Shown: positions 1-10,356 of the stretch, piece after piece
How the letters are laid out: each line of letters opens with the position of its first letter
How positions within the stretch are numbered: the stretch's first letter is position 1
Program-made: the position numbers and the translations under genes
Assembly: GCA_965216875.1 (NCBI GenBank)
Contig: OZ244207.1
Location: forward strand, 1,952,001-2,016,000
Reading direction: 5' to 3'
DNA from: Rubripirellula sp.
GTDB lineage: Bacteria > Planctomycetota > Planctomycetia > Pirellulales > Pirellulaceae
DNA: 64,000 nt
The notes under the pieces: generated by a model
What the model was told of the DNA's origin: nothing
What the model saw: only the letters and a program-made list of their open reading frames with translations
Database searches by the model: none

Positions 1-135
1 TTCCAGGACAGTGCTCTGGTGGTTCAAGGCGACCTGCCCAGTGCCGACTTGAAGAGCGCCCTGGTTGCCGCGATTCGTCAGGCGGGCGTCCTCTGTCGGG
101 TCAACAACCTGGTTCAGGTGCGTCAGGCGGCCTAA
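1..135 (+). CDS. 3' end of a small protein, possibly BON-domain-like (partial)
   Basis: Frame 1 reads FQDSALVVQGDLPSADLKSALVAAIRQAGVLCRVNNLVQVRQAA*, which resembles a BON C-terminus (V.N.L.V). Truncated by the window edge. Confidence 0.5.
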   Translation, partial: FQDSALVVQGDLPSADLKSALVAAIRQAGVLCRVNNLVQVRQAA

Positions 136-137
136 GC

Positions 138-1025
138 CTATTTGCGTTTCTCGCAGAATTCGCTGATTGCAGCGAGCTGTCGTTGGTGCTGCTGTTGATC
201 CTGCGCTTTGACTTCGGCCGAAAGCACCCCTTCCATCGTTTCACTGGCTCGTTTGGCCAACCGCTCGTCTTCGGTATCGGCGGTCTCCTTCAATTGCGGT
301 AACACCTTCTTTGCGAGTGAGCCGTACGTTGCAAGCGCACCGGCTGCGTTTAAACGCACCCAGTTTTCGTCATCGTTCAGCATCGACGCGACGCGGTGCA
401 TCGACTCTTCACAGTGCGGGTCCAGGCTCGCGAGTCGCCCGCAGGCCCAACCGCGGACGGAAGTGTCCGTGCTCGATAACGCTTCGGCGTAGCGAGCCTT
501 GAGTTCGGAGAGCTCGATCACGTCGACGCCCTCGGGAATCTCCAACTGACTCAGTTGAATGGTGTCGCCGATGTAGACGTACATGATTGGGTGCTTGGGC
601 CAGACGTTGTGTCCTTTGTCACTTTTGGAAAGGTGCCCCGCGATTCCACCGACGAGGTGCAGGTGCCAGTTGTAAGCAACCGTCTTTTCCTGATTGAACG
701 TTGACGTCTCGGTTGGGCCAGGGCGTATCACGATCTCGAGTTTGTCCGAGGTCACCTTCGCATATTCTTGCAACGCCTCGTTCAGCGCGATGGTGTCGCC
801 TCGAAAGAAGAACTTTTCATTCCCATTGACCCAGAACCGGTAGACGCGATGAGTGTTGTTGAGCACGTCGATCAGGCCGGGATGCCCTTCGTAGTTCACG
901 CCGTTGACCGGTTTGTTGCCGAGTTCCTCTTCGCCTAGGCCCCATAGCGGAGGCAAGGCAATGGAGAACGCAAACAGACATGCAAGCGAGGGGCGATGCA
1001 GAGCAGCAGGACTGAGTGTCGACAT
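138..1025 (-). CDS. exported HEAT-repeat protein
   Basis: N-terminal signal-like segment; C-terminal HEAT motifs (VRGWACGRLA, WVRLNAAGALA). Confidence 0.7.
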   Translation of the reverse strand: MSTLSPAALHRPSLACLFAFSIALPPLWGLGEEELGNKPVNGVNYEGHPGLIDVLNNTHRVYRFWVNGNEKFFFRGDTIALNEALQEYAKVTSDKLEIVIRPGPTETSTFNQEKTVAYNWHLHLVGGIAGHLSKSDKGHNVWPKHPIMYVYIGDTIQLSQLEIPEGVDVIELSELKARYAEALSSTDTSVRGWACGRLASLDPHCEESMHRVASMLNDDENWVRLNAAGALATYGSLAKKVLPQLKETADTEDERLAKRASETMEGVLSAEVKAQDQQQHQRQLAAISEFCEKRK

Positions 1026-1108
1026 CAGGGTCTCTCACGCGGGGAAGCTGTCGTTTTTCGGTGAGCCGAACACGTTAGTGTCGGGCCCCGATATGGGTTG
1101 GCACTTTG

Positions 1109-1132
1109 GTAGCTACGCTCGCCAGAGCGTGG
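1109..1132. repeat. REP family B single copy (GTAGCTACGCTCGCCAGAGCGTGG)
   Basis: GTAG followed by a short palindrome; identical to the unit at 21141. Confidence 0.8.
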
Positions 1133-1334
1133 AGGAGGTCAAACAACCCCGACCTCTTTTGCGCAAAGTTCGCCATAACATGAAATCCATTGTATCGCCC
1201 TCGATGGGCGCATCGGCGGCGAACAAATTCACCGTTGATATGTGGTAAAACGATTCTCTTCGGTGTTTGTTAGGTGAGAATCAGAGTTTGTTCTCGAGTT
1301 GGTTTTGTCCTGCTTTGTTGAGAGACCGCCCCCA

Positions 1335-2570
1335 ATGAGTTGTCGCACCCTTGTTTTTGCCGTCGTGGTTTGGGGCTTGGTCCCGCTTGGTGTGCTCGAT
1401 GCAGGCGAGCCGGAACCACGTTGGTGGAAAGGCAACCTGCACACCCACTCGCTTTGGAGCGATGGCGACGACTTTCCCGAAATGATCGCGGATTGGTATC
1501 GCAGCCACGGATACAACTTCCTCGCCCTTTCGGATCACAACGTCCTCAGCGAAGGCATTCGCTGGATGCCAGTGAAGGAAGTCGTTCGGCGTGCCGACGA
1601 CAAGGCACTTGAGAAATACGTTGCACGGTTCGGCCAATCGTGGGTCGAGACACGTGGAGAGCAGGGGAGTAATGACTATCAAGTGCGGCTAAAACCGCTC
1701 GTCGAATTTCGCGCGTTGCTCGAACGCAGTGACGAGTTCATCATGATTCAAGGCGAAGAGATCAGCGATCGCGCCGAGGGCAAGCCAGTCCACATCAACG
1801 CGTCGAACGTCGCAGACGTAATTGAACCGGCGGGTGGTGCAACCGTTCGCGAAGCGATGCAGAACAACCTGCGGGCGATCATCGAGCATGAAAAAGAACA
1901 TGGCCGCCAAGTCCTGCCGCACTTGAACCATCCCAATTTTGGCTATGCCGTCACAGCCGACGACCTTGCAGCCGTCGTTGCCGAACGGTTTTTCGAAGTC
2001 TACAACGGCCACCCCGGCGTCAATCATTTGGGTGACGATGACCATCCCTCAGTCGAACGTATCTGGGATCTGGTCAACGCGATCCGCCGAACCGATATCA
2101 GTGTTCCGCCGATGATGGGGATCGCCACCGATGACAGCCACGAATACCACGGCAAACCAGGGTCGCGACCCGGGCGCGGTTGGGTGATGGTGCGAAGCAA
2201 GTTCCTGACACCCGAGCACTTGATTCGTGCGATGAAGGCCGGCGATTTTTATGCGTCAAGTGGCGTGACCTTGAAGGACGTCCATTTCAACTCCACGACG
2301 CGCGAGCTGGCCCTGGAAATCGATGCGGACAAAGGAGCAAGCTACCGTACCGACTTTATTGCGACCCTCAAGAAACAACCGCAGTCCACAGCGGATGTGG
2401 ATCGGATCGGTGTCGTCGTTGATTCGCAAACGGGGCTTTCACCAAAATACAAGCTCAAGTCCGATCAACTCTACGTGCGCGCCGTTGTCTACAGCGACGC
2501 TCCGCCGACCGACCCTTCCTTTAAAGGTCAAGTTCAACAAGCGTGGACACAACCTGTTGGTTGGCGCTAA
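1335..2570 (+). CDS. PHP-domain metallohydrolase (CehA/McbA-like), exported
   Basis: KGNLHTHSLWSDG, LSDHN, NHPN and DDSH PHP motifs; signal peptide after ATG 1335. Confidence 0.8.
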   Translation: MSCRTLVFAVVVWGLVPLGVLDAGEPEPRWWKGNLHTHSLWSDGDDFPEMIADWYRSHGYNFLALSDHNVLSEGIRWMPVKEVVRRADDKALEKYVARFGQSWVETRGEQGSNDYQVRLKPLVEFRALLERSDEFIMIQGEEISDRAEGKPVHINASNVADVIEPAGGATVREAMQNNLRAIIEHEKEHGRQVLPHLNHPNFGYAVTADDLAAVVAERFFEVYNGHPGVNHLGDDDHPSVERIWDLVNAIRRTDISVPPMMGIATDDSHEYHGKPGSRPGRGWVMVRSKFLTPEHLIRAMKAGDFYASSGVTLKDVHFNSTTRELALEIDADKGASYRTDFIATLKKQPQSTADVDRIGVVVDSQTGLSPKYKLKSDQLYVRAVVYSDAPPTDPSFKGQVQQAWTQPVGWR

Positions 2571-2606
2571 ACGGCCATCGGTCTAAATCCGTTAAGACTG
2601 CAACGT

Positions 2607-2646
2607 GTTGCCCGGATCAAGGAGCGACTGCGACAGGGATCTGGCA
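2607..2646. repeat. degenerate REP family D copy (enterobacterial-like REP)
   Basis: GTTGCCCGGATCAAGGAGCGACTGCGACAGGGATCTGGCA resembles the reverse complement of 35745-35784; it lies between convergent genes. Confidence 0.6.
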
Positions 2647-2671
2647 TGGTCGCCCTGCGCGTCAAACGTTG

Positions 2672-3445
2672 CTAAAGGTTCGTGAGGTACTGAACCCCTG
2701 CGGTGATCTCTTCGAGGCTTGAGTTGTCTCGCCCGACCACGTAGCGGCCGCGGTACTGAACGTCTTCGAGCATCCCGATCAGCTCAGGGAAATCCGCGGT
2801 GCCTTGCCCGAGCGGAACCGACAGCCCGCGACCAGCGGCGAGGTCCAAAACGCCGTCAACTGCGCAGACCAGCTGGATCCTCTCTCTTAATGCGGCCAAC
2901 GACTCTTGGACGTTCAGCCGGTTGATGATCAATTGACCTGGATTGAAAGCAACCGCGATGAACCCATCGTCGCTTGTTGATAGCAAGCTACTGAGAACTT
3001 CGCCTTCTTCAGTTCCAGTCTCAGCGGCAAGGAAGGCGCCGACCTTCGCTCCGTAGCGTCCCAGGTCGTCAATGACGGTCTGAATCGAGTCCCAAGCAGG
3101 TGTATCGGAGGGGGGGATCATTCCGATTTGATTGACGACGACAGGGGCCCCCAACCGGTAAGCCAGATGCATCGTTTGCTTGGTCGCGTCGACACGGCGG
3201 TCCAGGTCCTGCGGGTTGTCGTAGCCACGACGGGTTTGAAAGCGTAACGCAGCAACCTTCAGCCCCAAGTCATCGAGCATTTTTCGCAATTGTCGCAGTC
3301 CTGTGTCCGACAATTGAGAAGGGTGGATCTCGGTGCGCGCATTGAGATGGACGGAGGTGGCACCCATTTGGGCGGCCGCCTGAAGGGCCTGCCGGAGAGG
3401 CAGTTTCATCGAATCGGTTCGCACCCCGATGTTCAATTGAGCCAA
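2672..3445 (-). CDS. sugar phosphate isomerase/epimerase (xylose isomerase-like TIM barrel)
   Basis: AP_endonuc_2-like pattern (..AAETG.E.., VPLGQGTADF). Confidence 0.75.
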   Translation of the reverse strand: MAQLNIGVRTDSMKLPLRQALQAAAQMGATSVHLNARTEIHPSQLSDTGLRQLRKMLDDLGLKVAALRFQTRRGYDNPQDLDRRVDATKQTMHLAYRLGAPVVVNQIGMIPPSDTPAWDSIQTVIDDLGRYGAKVGAFLAAETGTEEGEVLSSLLSTSDDGFIAVAFNPGQLIINRLNVQESLAALRERIQLVCAVDGVLDLAAGRGLSVPLGQGTADFPELIGMLEDVQYRGRYVVGRDNSSLEEITAGVQYLTNL

Positions 3446-3576
3446 GATTGTTGTCCCGACGAGTGATCATGTTGCCAACTAATCGCAAAACGCCCCGAAT
3501 TCGCCCAGCGGTGATGCGACCGTTGAGCTTGGCGTTTGCGGGGCGCATCTTAAGGCGTGGCGCGAGATCCGCAAAC

Positions 3577-6360
3577 ATGGCGGCTTTGGGCCGGTTGGCC
3601 ATTTTGGCGTTGTGTTTGGTTTTCGGCGTCGACGCCTCGGCTCAGCGCAAAAAGGAAACGCCCCAGGTCGATGAGATCACCGGCTTGCAGGGCGTCCACT
3701 GGGATTTTGGCCGCGACACCGATGCAAATTCCAACAAGTGGCCCGACGGTTGGCAGCGCCACGCGGGTGTTGGTTACCCGCTGTACGTTGACATCAAGAT
3801 CGCGCCTCGCGATCCCGAGATCGAAAAGCAATTCAAAAAGCTTGATACGGCCTTCATCCGCTCATGGCCAACAATTCGCAAGCAGTTCCCTGACCTTCCC
3901 GCGTCCCCGCCCGCGTTTCCCGACTCGATGGTCGATCGAATGATTGACCGGTTCTTGCGCGTCGAGCTTGATGGGGGACAGGCGAAGGTCCAGACGACTC
4001 AGGTCAAAGTCAGCCGCTTGTACCAATATCGCTTCACTTGTGACATCATGACGCAAGGATTGCGACACGACACGGCGTTTGCCGAACTGGTGTTCTTGGA
4101 CGAAACGGGGCAAGTCGTTGCGAGCTATCCGACCAAGCATGTTGGCGGCACGAGTGATTGGACGACCGTCGCGGTGGATCGGCTACAGCCACCGGTCGAA
4201 GCGGTTTCGATGTTGGCTCGATTGAATGTGCAACGCTCCGAAGAAGGGCTCGAGGACATCAAGGGAGTCATCGGGTTCGACAATGTTCGGATTGATCAAT
4301 ACCCGCAATTGCAAGTGGCGACCGACGATCCGCTTGGCGTCTATGTGGTGGGGCAACCGATCGAAGCGACAGCGCGTGTGATGGGGTTGCCGATTGGCGC
4401 GTCCAAGGTGCGTTTTCGACTCTATTCGAGCGAACATGAACTGGTTGCCCAACGCGTGGTTTCGGTGGTCCGGCCACGCGAGCCGCGGAACGATTTGCCG
4501 GCGTCGAGCAACAAGGAATCAATCAGTTCGGAATTGAGTTGGCGTGTTCCGCGACTCGATCCGGGCTACTATCGGGTGACCGCCGCACTCGAAGGCAACG
4601 ACACCGTCTCGCTTGCGACCGATTCGACGCTCGCCGTCGTCGATCGGCTCGTTGATGGGCCTCCGCATGGTTCGTTTGGCTGGACACTCCCCAAAGGGAA
4701 TCAAGGGATCGATCCGCGCGAGATTGCGCCTTGGCTGGCAAAACTGGGCGTGGCCTGGGTCAAGTATCCCTGTTGGCTCGCGCCAACCGATAATGCGTCT
4801 GCCGAGGATGTGGCGACGATCTTTAGCAAGCTACAAGATTCCGGCATCCAAACGGTCGGGATGCTCGACCTGCCGCCAACCGACCAGGTTCCCAACTACA
4901 ACCTGCGAGGTCGTCGCGACTTGGTTGCCGCTCAGTTGTTTCGAGATATCGCCGTTTGGCAACCGCTTCTCGAACCAGTGATGACCCGGCTGACGCTCAA
5001 GGTGCGGACCTGGCAATTAGGTGGCGACCGTGACCACAGCTTCTTGGGGCGGCCACGACTGCGCGACTCGATTCGACAAATTTCAACCGGCTTGCAGGGG
5101 TTTGGGCAACCGATCGATGTTGCCATTTCCTGGCCTTGGCTCGAAGAAGAGCTGGGGCCTGGCGAATCCTCTTGGCAGGCGATTTGTCGAAGTAGCGACC
5201 CACCGCTCGGAGCGGACGAACTGGATGCTTACCTGACGCTGGGTGAAACGGGCTCGCGCGCTGAGGGGCCAAGGACCTGGCTTCTGCTCGACCCGGCTTC
5301 CAAGACGGGGTACGACCGCGAAGCGCGGATTCGGGATCTGGTACTGCGTATGGCCACCGTGCGAAGCCATCGTGTGCAAGCAGCATTTGTGAGTCGACCA
5401 CGCGACCCAGAACACGGTCTGTTGCGGCCAGACGGACGCCCCGATGATCTGCTGCTTCCTTGGCGAACGACTTCGCGGTTGATCGGAAACTTGCGTCACG
5501 TTGGTTCGCTGCAGCTACGCAGCGGTGCACAGAACCAGGTTTTTGCGGGCAGCGATCGCGCCGTGCTGATGGTCTGGTCGGCCGAGCCAACCGAAGAAGT
5601 CATCTACCTGGGTAAAGAAGTCAGCGCGGTTGACGTTTGGGGACGCGTCACCAAGCTCAAGAATGAACAACAAAACGGTCAGACGGTTCAACGCGTCAAG
5701 ATCGGACGTACGCCCACGTTCATTGTCGGCGCCGACCCAACCTTGTTGGCGTTTCGCATGTCTGTCGCCTTGGACCGATCAAGTCTGGACAGTTTGCTCG
5801 GCCAAGTCCAAAAACTCGGCGTGACATTCACCAATCCCACGCGAGATGGTCTGGCTGGGGAAATGGCCGTCGTGCAGCCGCAGTCGTGGACCATCCAACG
5901 TGGACGTCGAGGATGGGAAGCACTCGGCGGTCGCAATCAGACACAGAAGTTCAATGTGATTCTGGGCAACAGCACGACGATTGGGCGTTACGAGATTCCG
6001 ATCCGATTCGAATTACAAACTGTCCCGAACAAACGCATCACCGTTTATCGCTGGGTGAACGTCGGGCCAGAAGGTCTTGATCTCAAGGTCGACACACGAC
6101 TCCAAGCCGGCGACGAACTTCGCGTCCGAGTCGAGATGACCAATCGGTCTCTGCGAACGCAACAATACGACTGTATGCTGTTCCCACCGGGCGAACGCCA
6201 GTACCAACGCCGGTTCATCAAGATCAAGCCGGGCGAAACGATTCGCACGACGTTCTATTGGGCCAACGGTAGCGAGCTCATTGGGAAACGCATGTTGTTA
6301 CGCGCCGTCGAGCAAGAAGGACGGCGCGTCGTCAACTATGCCATCGATGTCAATCGATAG
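3577..6360 (+). CDS. large exported hypothetical protein (CBM-like N-terminus, TIM-barrel-like middle, Ig-like C-terminus)
   Basis: The ORF is open from 3448. ATG 3577 was chosen because it precedes a signal peptide (LAILALCLVFGVDASA) and leaves room for a divergent promoter. Confidence 0.6.
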   Translation: MAALGRLAILALCLVFGVDASAQRKKETPQVDEITGLQGVHWDFGRDTDANSNKWPDGWQRHAGVGYPLYVDIKIAPRDPEIEKQFKKLDTAFIRSWPTIRKQFPDLPASPPAFPDSMVDRMIDRFLRVELDGGQAKVQTTQVKVSRLYQYRFTCDIMTQGLRHDTAFAELVFLDETGQVVASYPTKHVGGTSDWTTVAVDRLQPPVEAVSMLARLNVQRSEEGLEDIKGVIGFDNVRIDQYPQLQVATDDPLGVYVVGQPIEATARVMGLPIGASKVRFRLYSSEHELVAQRVVSVVRPREPRNDLPASSNKESISSELSWRVPRLDPGYYRVTAALEGNDTVSLATDSTLAVVDRLVDGPPHGSFGWTLPKGNQGIDPREIAPWLAKLGVAWVKYPCWLAPTDNASAEDVATIFSKLQDSGIQTVGMLDLPPTDQVPNYNLRGRRDLVAAQLFRDIAVWQPLLEPVMTRLTLKVRTWQLGGDRDHSFLGRPRLRDSIRQISTGLQGFGQPIDVAISWPWLEEELGPGESSWQAICRSSDPPLGADELDAYLTLGETGSRAEGPRTWLLLDPASKTGYDREARIRDLVLRMATVRSHRVQAAFVSRPRDPEHGLLRPDGRPDDLLLPWRTTSRLIGNLRHVGSLQLRSGAQNQVFAGSDRAVLMVWSAEPTEEVIYLGKEVSAVDVWGRVTKLKNEQQNGQTVQRVKIGRTPTFIVGADPTLLAFRMSVALDRSSLDSLLGQVQKLGVTFTNPTRDGLAGEMAVVQPQSWTIQRGRRGWEALGGRNQTQKFNVILGNSTTIGRYEIPIRFELQTVPNKRITVYRWVNVGPEGLDLKVDTRLQAGDELRVRVEMTNRSLRTQQYDCMLFPPGERQYQRRFIKIKPGETIRTTFYWANGSELIGKRMLLRAVEQEGRRVVNYAIDVNR

Positions 6361-8128
6361 CGACTTGCTTGGTAATCCAGTCGCCAACCGTTTTGAGTGC
6401 GATGGGGGCGATCGTCTCCTCGATCGTCCCATACTCACTGACGGCGCCCGTTTCGGCCGTCTGCAAAAGATGGTTGAGGTCTTCCAGTGGAACCACGGTC
6501 ACCTGTTCGTTGCCTCCCGAAAGCACCGAAGCCTTGATGCCGGCGAGATTGTCGTCGCAGGCGACTTGAAGGTCCTTTTTGCCGCAAATTGCCAGGACGG
6601 GACAGGCGACTTTCTTAAGTGCTGGGGCAGGGTCAATTGCAAGAAGCTCGCGAAACCAAGGGCTGGTCACCATTTTGACTTGCTGGTCAGCACTCTGGCC
6701 CATCTTCTCGGCCGCTTCACGCTGATCCTTCGGCAATTGCTCGATCGCATCGTTGATGATCGCTTTGATTTGTTCCTGAAGGTCTGAAGCGTCACCCTGC
6801 TGCAACACGAGATCGAAGATTTTGGTCTGCGTTTCCCGTTGGCGATCGAGCGCTTCTTGGTCGGCCCCCATGACTTTCAAAATATCAGTCCCCTGTTGTG
6901 TGAGCAGCTGTTTCATTGGCACGCCTACCCCAGCGAGCATCACGATGAAGGCCACGTCGTCATCTTTGGATGCAATCTGTGGCGCGAGGATGCCGCCTTC
7001 GCTGTGTCCAACCAGCCCGACACGATTGGCGTCGATCTCTTCCCGTGTGCGCAGAAAGTCAAAGGCTGCTTGAGCATCCGATTCGAGATCGGTGACGGTT
7101 GCTTTTGAGAATCGGCCTTCTGACTTCCCGACACCCCGATCGTCGTATCGCAGGACAGCAATTCCTGCTCGAGTCAGATGATCGGCCCAGACCAGGAATG
7201 GCCGATGCCCCATGATCGCTTCGTCACGGTCTTGAGGTCCAGAACCGGTGATCATCACCACGGCCGGGTGAGGACCTTTTGATTTGGGAAGGGTGAGTGT
7301 GCCGGCAAGTGAGATGTCGGCGCCCTGGTTTTTGAACGTGACGTCGATTGATTCGTACGGAAAGGGTGGCTTGGGATCTTGCGGTCGGCTCGTGTCTGGC
7401 GTTTTCTCCAGCCGACGCATCGTCAGGTCAACGTTGGTCCCCCCCTGCTTCCACGTCCCGACGATTTCGGAACCGTCATCGCTGAGCTTGCCCTCGTAAC
7501 TTCCGCCAATTTTTTTGATCTCTAGTTTGACTGTCTTGTCGTCAAGTGAGATCGCGTTGATCGGAATGTTGAGTGCGTTTTGGTCGAGGCTGTCCATCGT
7601 GCCCGTGAGCGTGTCCCCATCCTCTTTGATTTTCATCAAGATCCTGAGTTGAAACGCTTGGACTTGCAGCGAGCCTTGCCATGCGCCGGCAAGTCCCTCG
7701 CCGGGCACTCCCTTGCTAGGCGTTTCACCTTCTTTTTCGGTTCGCTTGCCGCGATTCAGCTCAAAGGGGAACGTCGCGCCCGACTGGGTAAAGTCGCCCG
7801 AGATTTTCTTTCCATCTTCGGAACATTCGCCCTGAAATTTCGGGTCACCCGGAATGCCCTCGAGTGTGAACGAAACCTTTTTCCCATCTTGGGAGAGATC
7901 GCCAAGTTTGAAGCCACGCAAACCCTGGACCGGGATGTCGATCGTTCCTTGCAGAGCATCTTCGTTCGATTCCAAGTCGATCTTGATACCGAGTTTTGTG
8001 CCTGGCAGCGCGATGTGGCCATCCCAATGACCGGCAATGGTTGGATTGGAATTGTCCCCGCGGACGAGCGCGGGTGGAGCACAAAAGGCACTGGCGGCAA
8101 CGAGGCCAACGAGGAGGAGAGATCGCAT
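6350..8128 (-). CDS. alpha/beta hydrolase (S9/S15-like) with two N-terminal beta-repeat domains
   Basis: ITGSGPQDRD, GHSEGG nucleophile motif, LNHLLQ; signal peptide MRSLLLVGLVAASAF. Confidence 0.85.
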   Translation of the reverse strand: MRSLLLVGLVAASAFCAPPALVRGDNSNPTIAGHWDGHIALPGTKLGIKIDLESNEDALQGTIDIPVQGLRGFKLGDLSQDGKKVSFTLEGIPGDPKFQGECSEDGKKISGDFTQSGATFPFELNRGKRTEKEGETPSKGVPGEGLAGAWQGSLQVQAFQLRILMKIKEDGDTLTGTMDSLDQNALNIPINAISLDDKTVKLEIKKIGGSYEGKLSDDGSEIVGTWKQGGTNVDLTMRRLEKTPDTSRPQDPKPPFPYESIDVTFKNQGADISLAGTLTLPKSKGPHPAVVMITGSGPQDRDEAIMGHRPFLVWADHLTRAGIAVLRYDDRGVGKSEGRFSKATVTDLESDAQAAFDFLRTREEIDANRVGLVGHSEGGILAPQIASKDDDVAFIVMLAGVGVPMKQLLTQQGTDILKVMGADQEALDRQRETQTKIFDLVLQQGDASDLQEQIKAIINDAIEQLPKDQREAAEKMGQSADQQVKMVTSPWFRELLAIDPAPALKKVACPVLAICGKKDLQVACDDNLAGIKASVLSGGNEQVTVVPLEDLNHLLQTAETGAVSEYGTIEETIAPIALKTVGDWITKQVAID

Positions 8129-8310
8129 ACGAGGTTTCCCAGTTGTTTTGAAGGACGAGTTCAGTCGTTGAACTAGTGACCGTCCATTCGACATTTCTTA
8201 CAAGATCTTGCCAATCATCTGTCCCGGCCCAAAAACCGCAAGTCCGGGGCGCGCCCCGTTTATTCGCTGAGCGGCAAGACGCTAGACACCTCAGCATGCG
8301 TTCTAATACT

Positions 8311-8347
8311 CTCCCGCAAGCGGGAGGGTGATTGCTGGAACGCACGT
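8311..8347. repeat. family E palindromic repeat (CTCCCGCAAGCGGGAG core), inverted relative to the copy at 13153
   Basis: The reverse complement matches 13153-13189 at 33 of 37 positions. Confidence 0.75.
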
Positions 8348-8401
8348 CGCCAGTTCAACTTGCTTGACGTGGGTGATCGCGGCGGGAAACAAGAGGGCAA
8401 T

Positions 8402-8980
8402 GTGACCGAAATCGACTCAGAGAGACTTGCACAGATTGAGCGAATCAACGTGATAGGCACGTCCGGCAGTGGCAAGTCGACGTTTGGCCGGCAACTGGGC
8501 GCGACGCTCGGTATCCCGTTCATCGAAATGGACAGCGTTTATTGGGGCAAGAGTTGGACAGAACCTTCCGATGACGTATTCATCCCGCAGATCAAGGAGA
8601 TCACGGAGCGTTCTCGCTGGGTGCTTGACGGCAATTACTCTCGAACCACACCGGTCAAATGGCGTTTGGTCCAGTTGGTCGTTTGGCTTGACATGTCGTT
8701 TGCCCGAACCATCACACGTGTCACATCGCGAAGTTTGAAACGGTCGCTCGACGATACCGAGATATGGCCCGGCACCGGCAATCGAGAAACGTTTGGGAGG
8801 GCGTTTCTCTCACGAGAGTCGGTCATTCTTTGGGCGATCACGAGCTACCGGCGAAACCGTCAACGATATGCGATGATGATGAACGCAGAAGAGTATCGCC
8901 ACATATGGTTTGTGCGATTGAAGTCGCCCCGTGAAGTCGAGGCCTTCCTTCAGTCCGCCCAAGAGGCTGCTGAGATATGA
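8402..8980 (+). CDS. adenylate kinase-like / FlaR-type P-loop protein
   Basis: RINVIGTSGSGKSTF Walker A, WVLDGNYS motif; GTG start with a GAGG RBS. Confidence 0.8.
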   Translation: MTEIDSERLAQIERINVIGTSGSGKSTFGRQLGATLGIPFIEMDSVYWGKSWTEPSDDVFIPQIKEITERSRWVLDGNYSRTTPVKWRLVQLVVWLDMSFARTITRVTSRSLKRSLDDTEIWPGTGNRETFGRAFLSRESVILWAITSYRRNRQRYAMMMNAEEYRHIWFVRLKSPREVEAFLQSAQEAAEI

Positions 8981-9022
8981 AATGCTGCGTAGGTGCGTTA
9001 TGTTTAGATTGTTGGATCGAAG

Positions 9023-9691
9023 ATGCTAAGTCGACTTAACGAAGCTGGCGGTACGACGTTGGTCCTTGCCGAGGGCGATGACCTCAGTTCCGTTCCCACT
9101 TCGCATCGGGACCTGATTAACAATTCGATCCGCCAGGCCTTTTGCGACCCAATGCAGTACTTTGCGACGATCGCAGAACGCATTCAGATTGCGAGCTTGC
9201 AAAGGTATCTCGGCAGGTTTGTTGCAGACGGAAATTGGTCGCTGGTGTTGGCAGACACCTACATGGTCGAGCGCGCTACGATTGCTGCGTTTCAGTGGTT
9301 TCACGCGGATCAACGCTCTTGCATGTTTGGTCTGCCAACCGGGGATTGTGATGACGTGCGCTTCGCGCCCATTTACGAGCTCTTTTCGTTGGTGCATTGG
9401 GAATCGGTTGGATTCGGCGGAGGGATCGTGCCGTATCGTGACCATCTCGCCGTCGCCGATTACTCCGCGGCGTCAATAAACCCCGCATTTCCTGCTGATT
9501 CCACGACCGTGTTTGGTACCTCTGCGTGCGGTGATATGATGGTCTGCAACGCTTCAGGTGATGCCGGGTATTTGTCTCACGACCAGGGAACGTCCTACGT
9601 TGTCGGTTCGTTATCTGAAATGCTTGATTGGGTCTTCGGCGAGCTCATCCGGGGGCGGACGCCAGAGATGGACCCCGTTCGGTACCGATAG
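9023..9691 (+). CDS. hypothetical protein, possibly SUKH/SMI1-KNR4-like
   Basis: 222-aa ORF. The C-terminal FGTSACGDMMVC..GYLSHD..SLSEMLD resembles the SUKH core. Confidence 0.55.
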   Translation: MLSRLNEAGGTTLVLAEGDDLSSVPTSHRDLINNSIRQAFCDPMQYFATIAERIQIASLQRYLGRFVADGNWSLVLADTYMVERATIAAFQWFHADQRSCMFGLPTGDCDDVRFAPIYELFSLVHWESVGFGGGIVPYRDHLAVADYSAASINPAFPADSTTVFGTSACGDMMVCNASGDAGYLSHDQGTSYVVGSLSEMLDWVFGELIRGRTPEMDPVRYR

Positions 9692-9760
9692 TTAGCGTTT
9701 CGCAGATGACATGCGCCTGGGGCGTTGGTGTGTTGTCGGCGTCTTTCGAGCGAGGTTAGG

Positions 9761-10189
9761 ATGAGTCCGCTAGCGACAATTGATGCGGTAGTCGAAGTCA
9801 CTCCATGGGATGATTTGCAGTATTGGCCCGACGCCGAGATCGATTGGTATTTCGTTGACGATCGCACTCCGTTTCGGTTTCGTGTTGCCGGCCAAATCAT
9901 TATTGATGGGATGTTCATTGGTCTGCACGGGCCCGTGCAAAGCGGCCCCGAACGATATTCAAATCTCCTTTGCAGCATTACCATTCGAGACATGGCAGAC
10001 TGGCGCACTGAATCGGAAGGTAGCGCAAACTTCAAGGTGGCGCCGACCGTTGTGAAACGCGCAGACGATTATGATCCTGCGATTCACGGTGGCTTTCCGT
10101 TCTACAGACACCCGGAAGGACTTCGCGCAAAGGGGTTTCCGCGGAGTTCCCGATTTGCCGGCGTCTCGGTCGTCTGTAGCCCTGGTTGA
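9761..10189 (+). CDS. hypothetical protein
   Basis: ORF with a GAGG RBS before ATG 9761. Confidence 0.55.
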   Translation: MSPLATIDAVVEVTPWDDLQYWPDAEIDWYFVDDRTPFRFRVAGQIIIDGMFIGLHGPVQSGPERYSNLLCSITIRDMADWRTESEGSANFKVAPTVVKRADDYDPAIHGGFPFYRHPEGLRAKGFPRSSRFAGVSVVCSPG

Positions 10190-10356
10190 GCGAGCCAAAA
10201 CGCTGACCGCGTTATCGGCATTAGGGAATGTCGTGAAGAAGGCATGCGCCAATGGACGAGAGCGGTTTTGTTGTGGTACGCTTCTCTCACTTCCTGATGT
10301 GGAGATCACATTGGCGGAGTTCTTGATCTCCGATGGCAGGCGGCTCGATCGATTCT

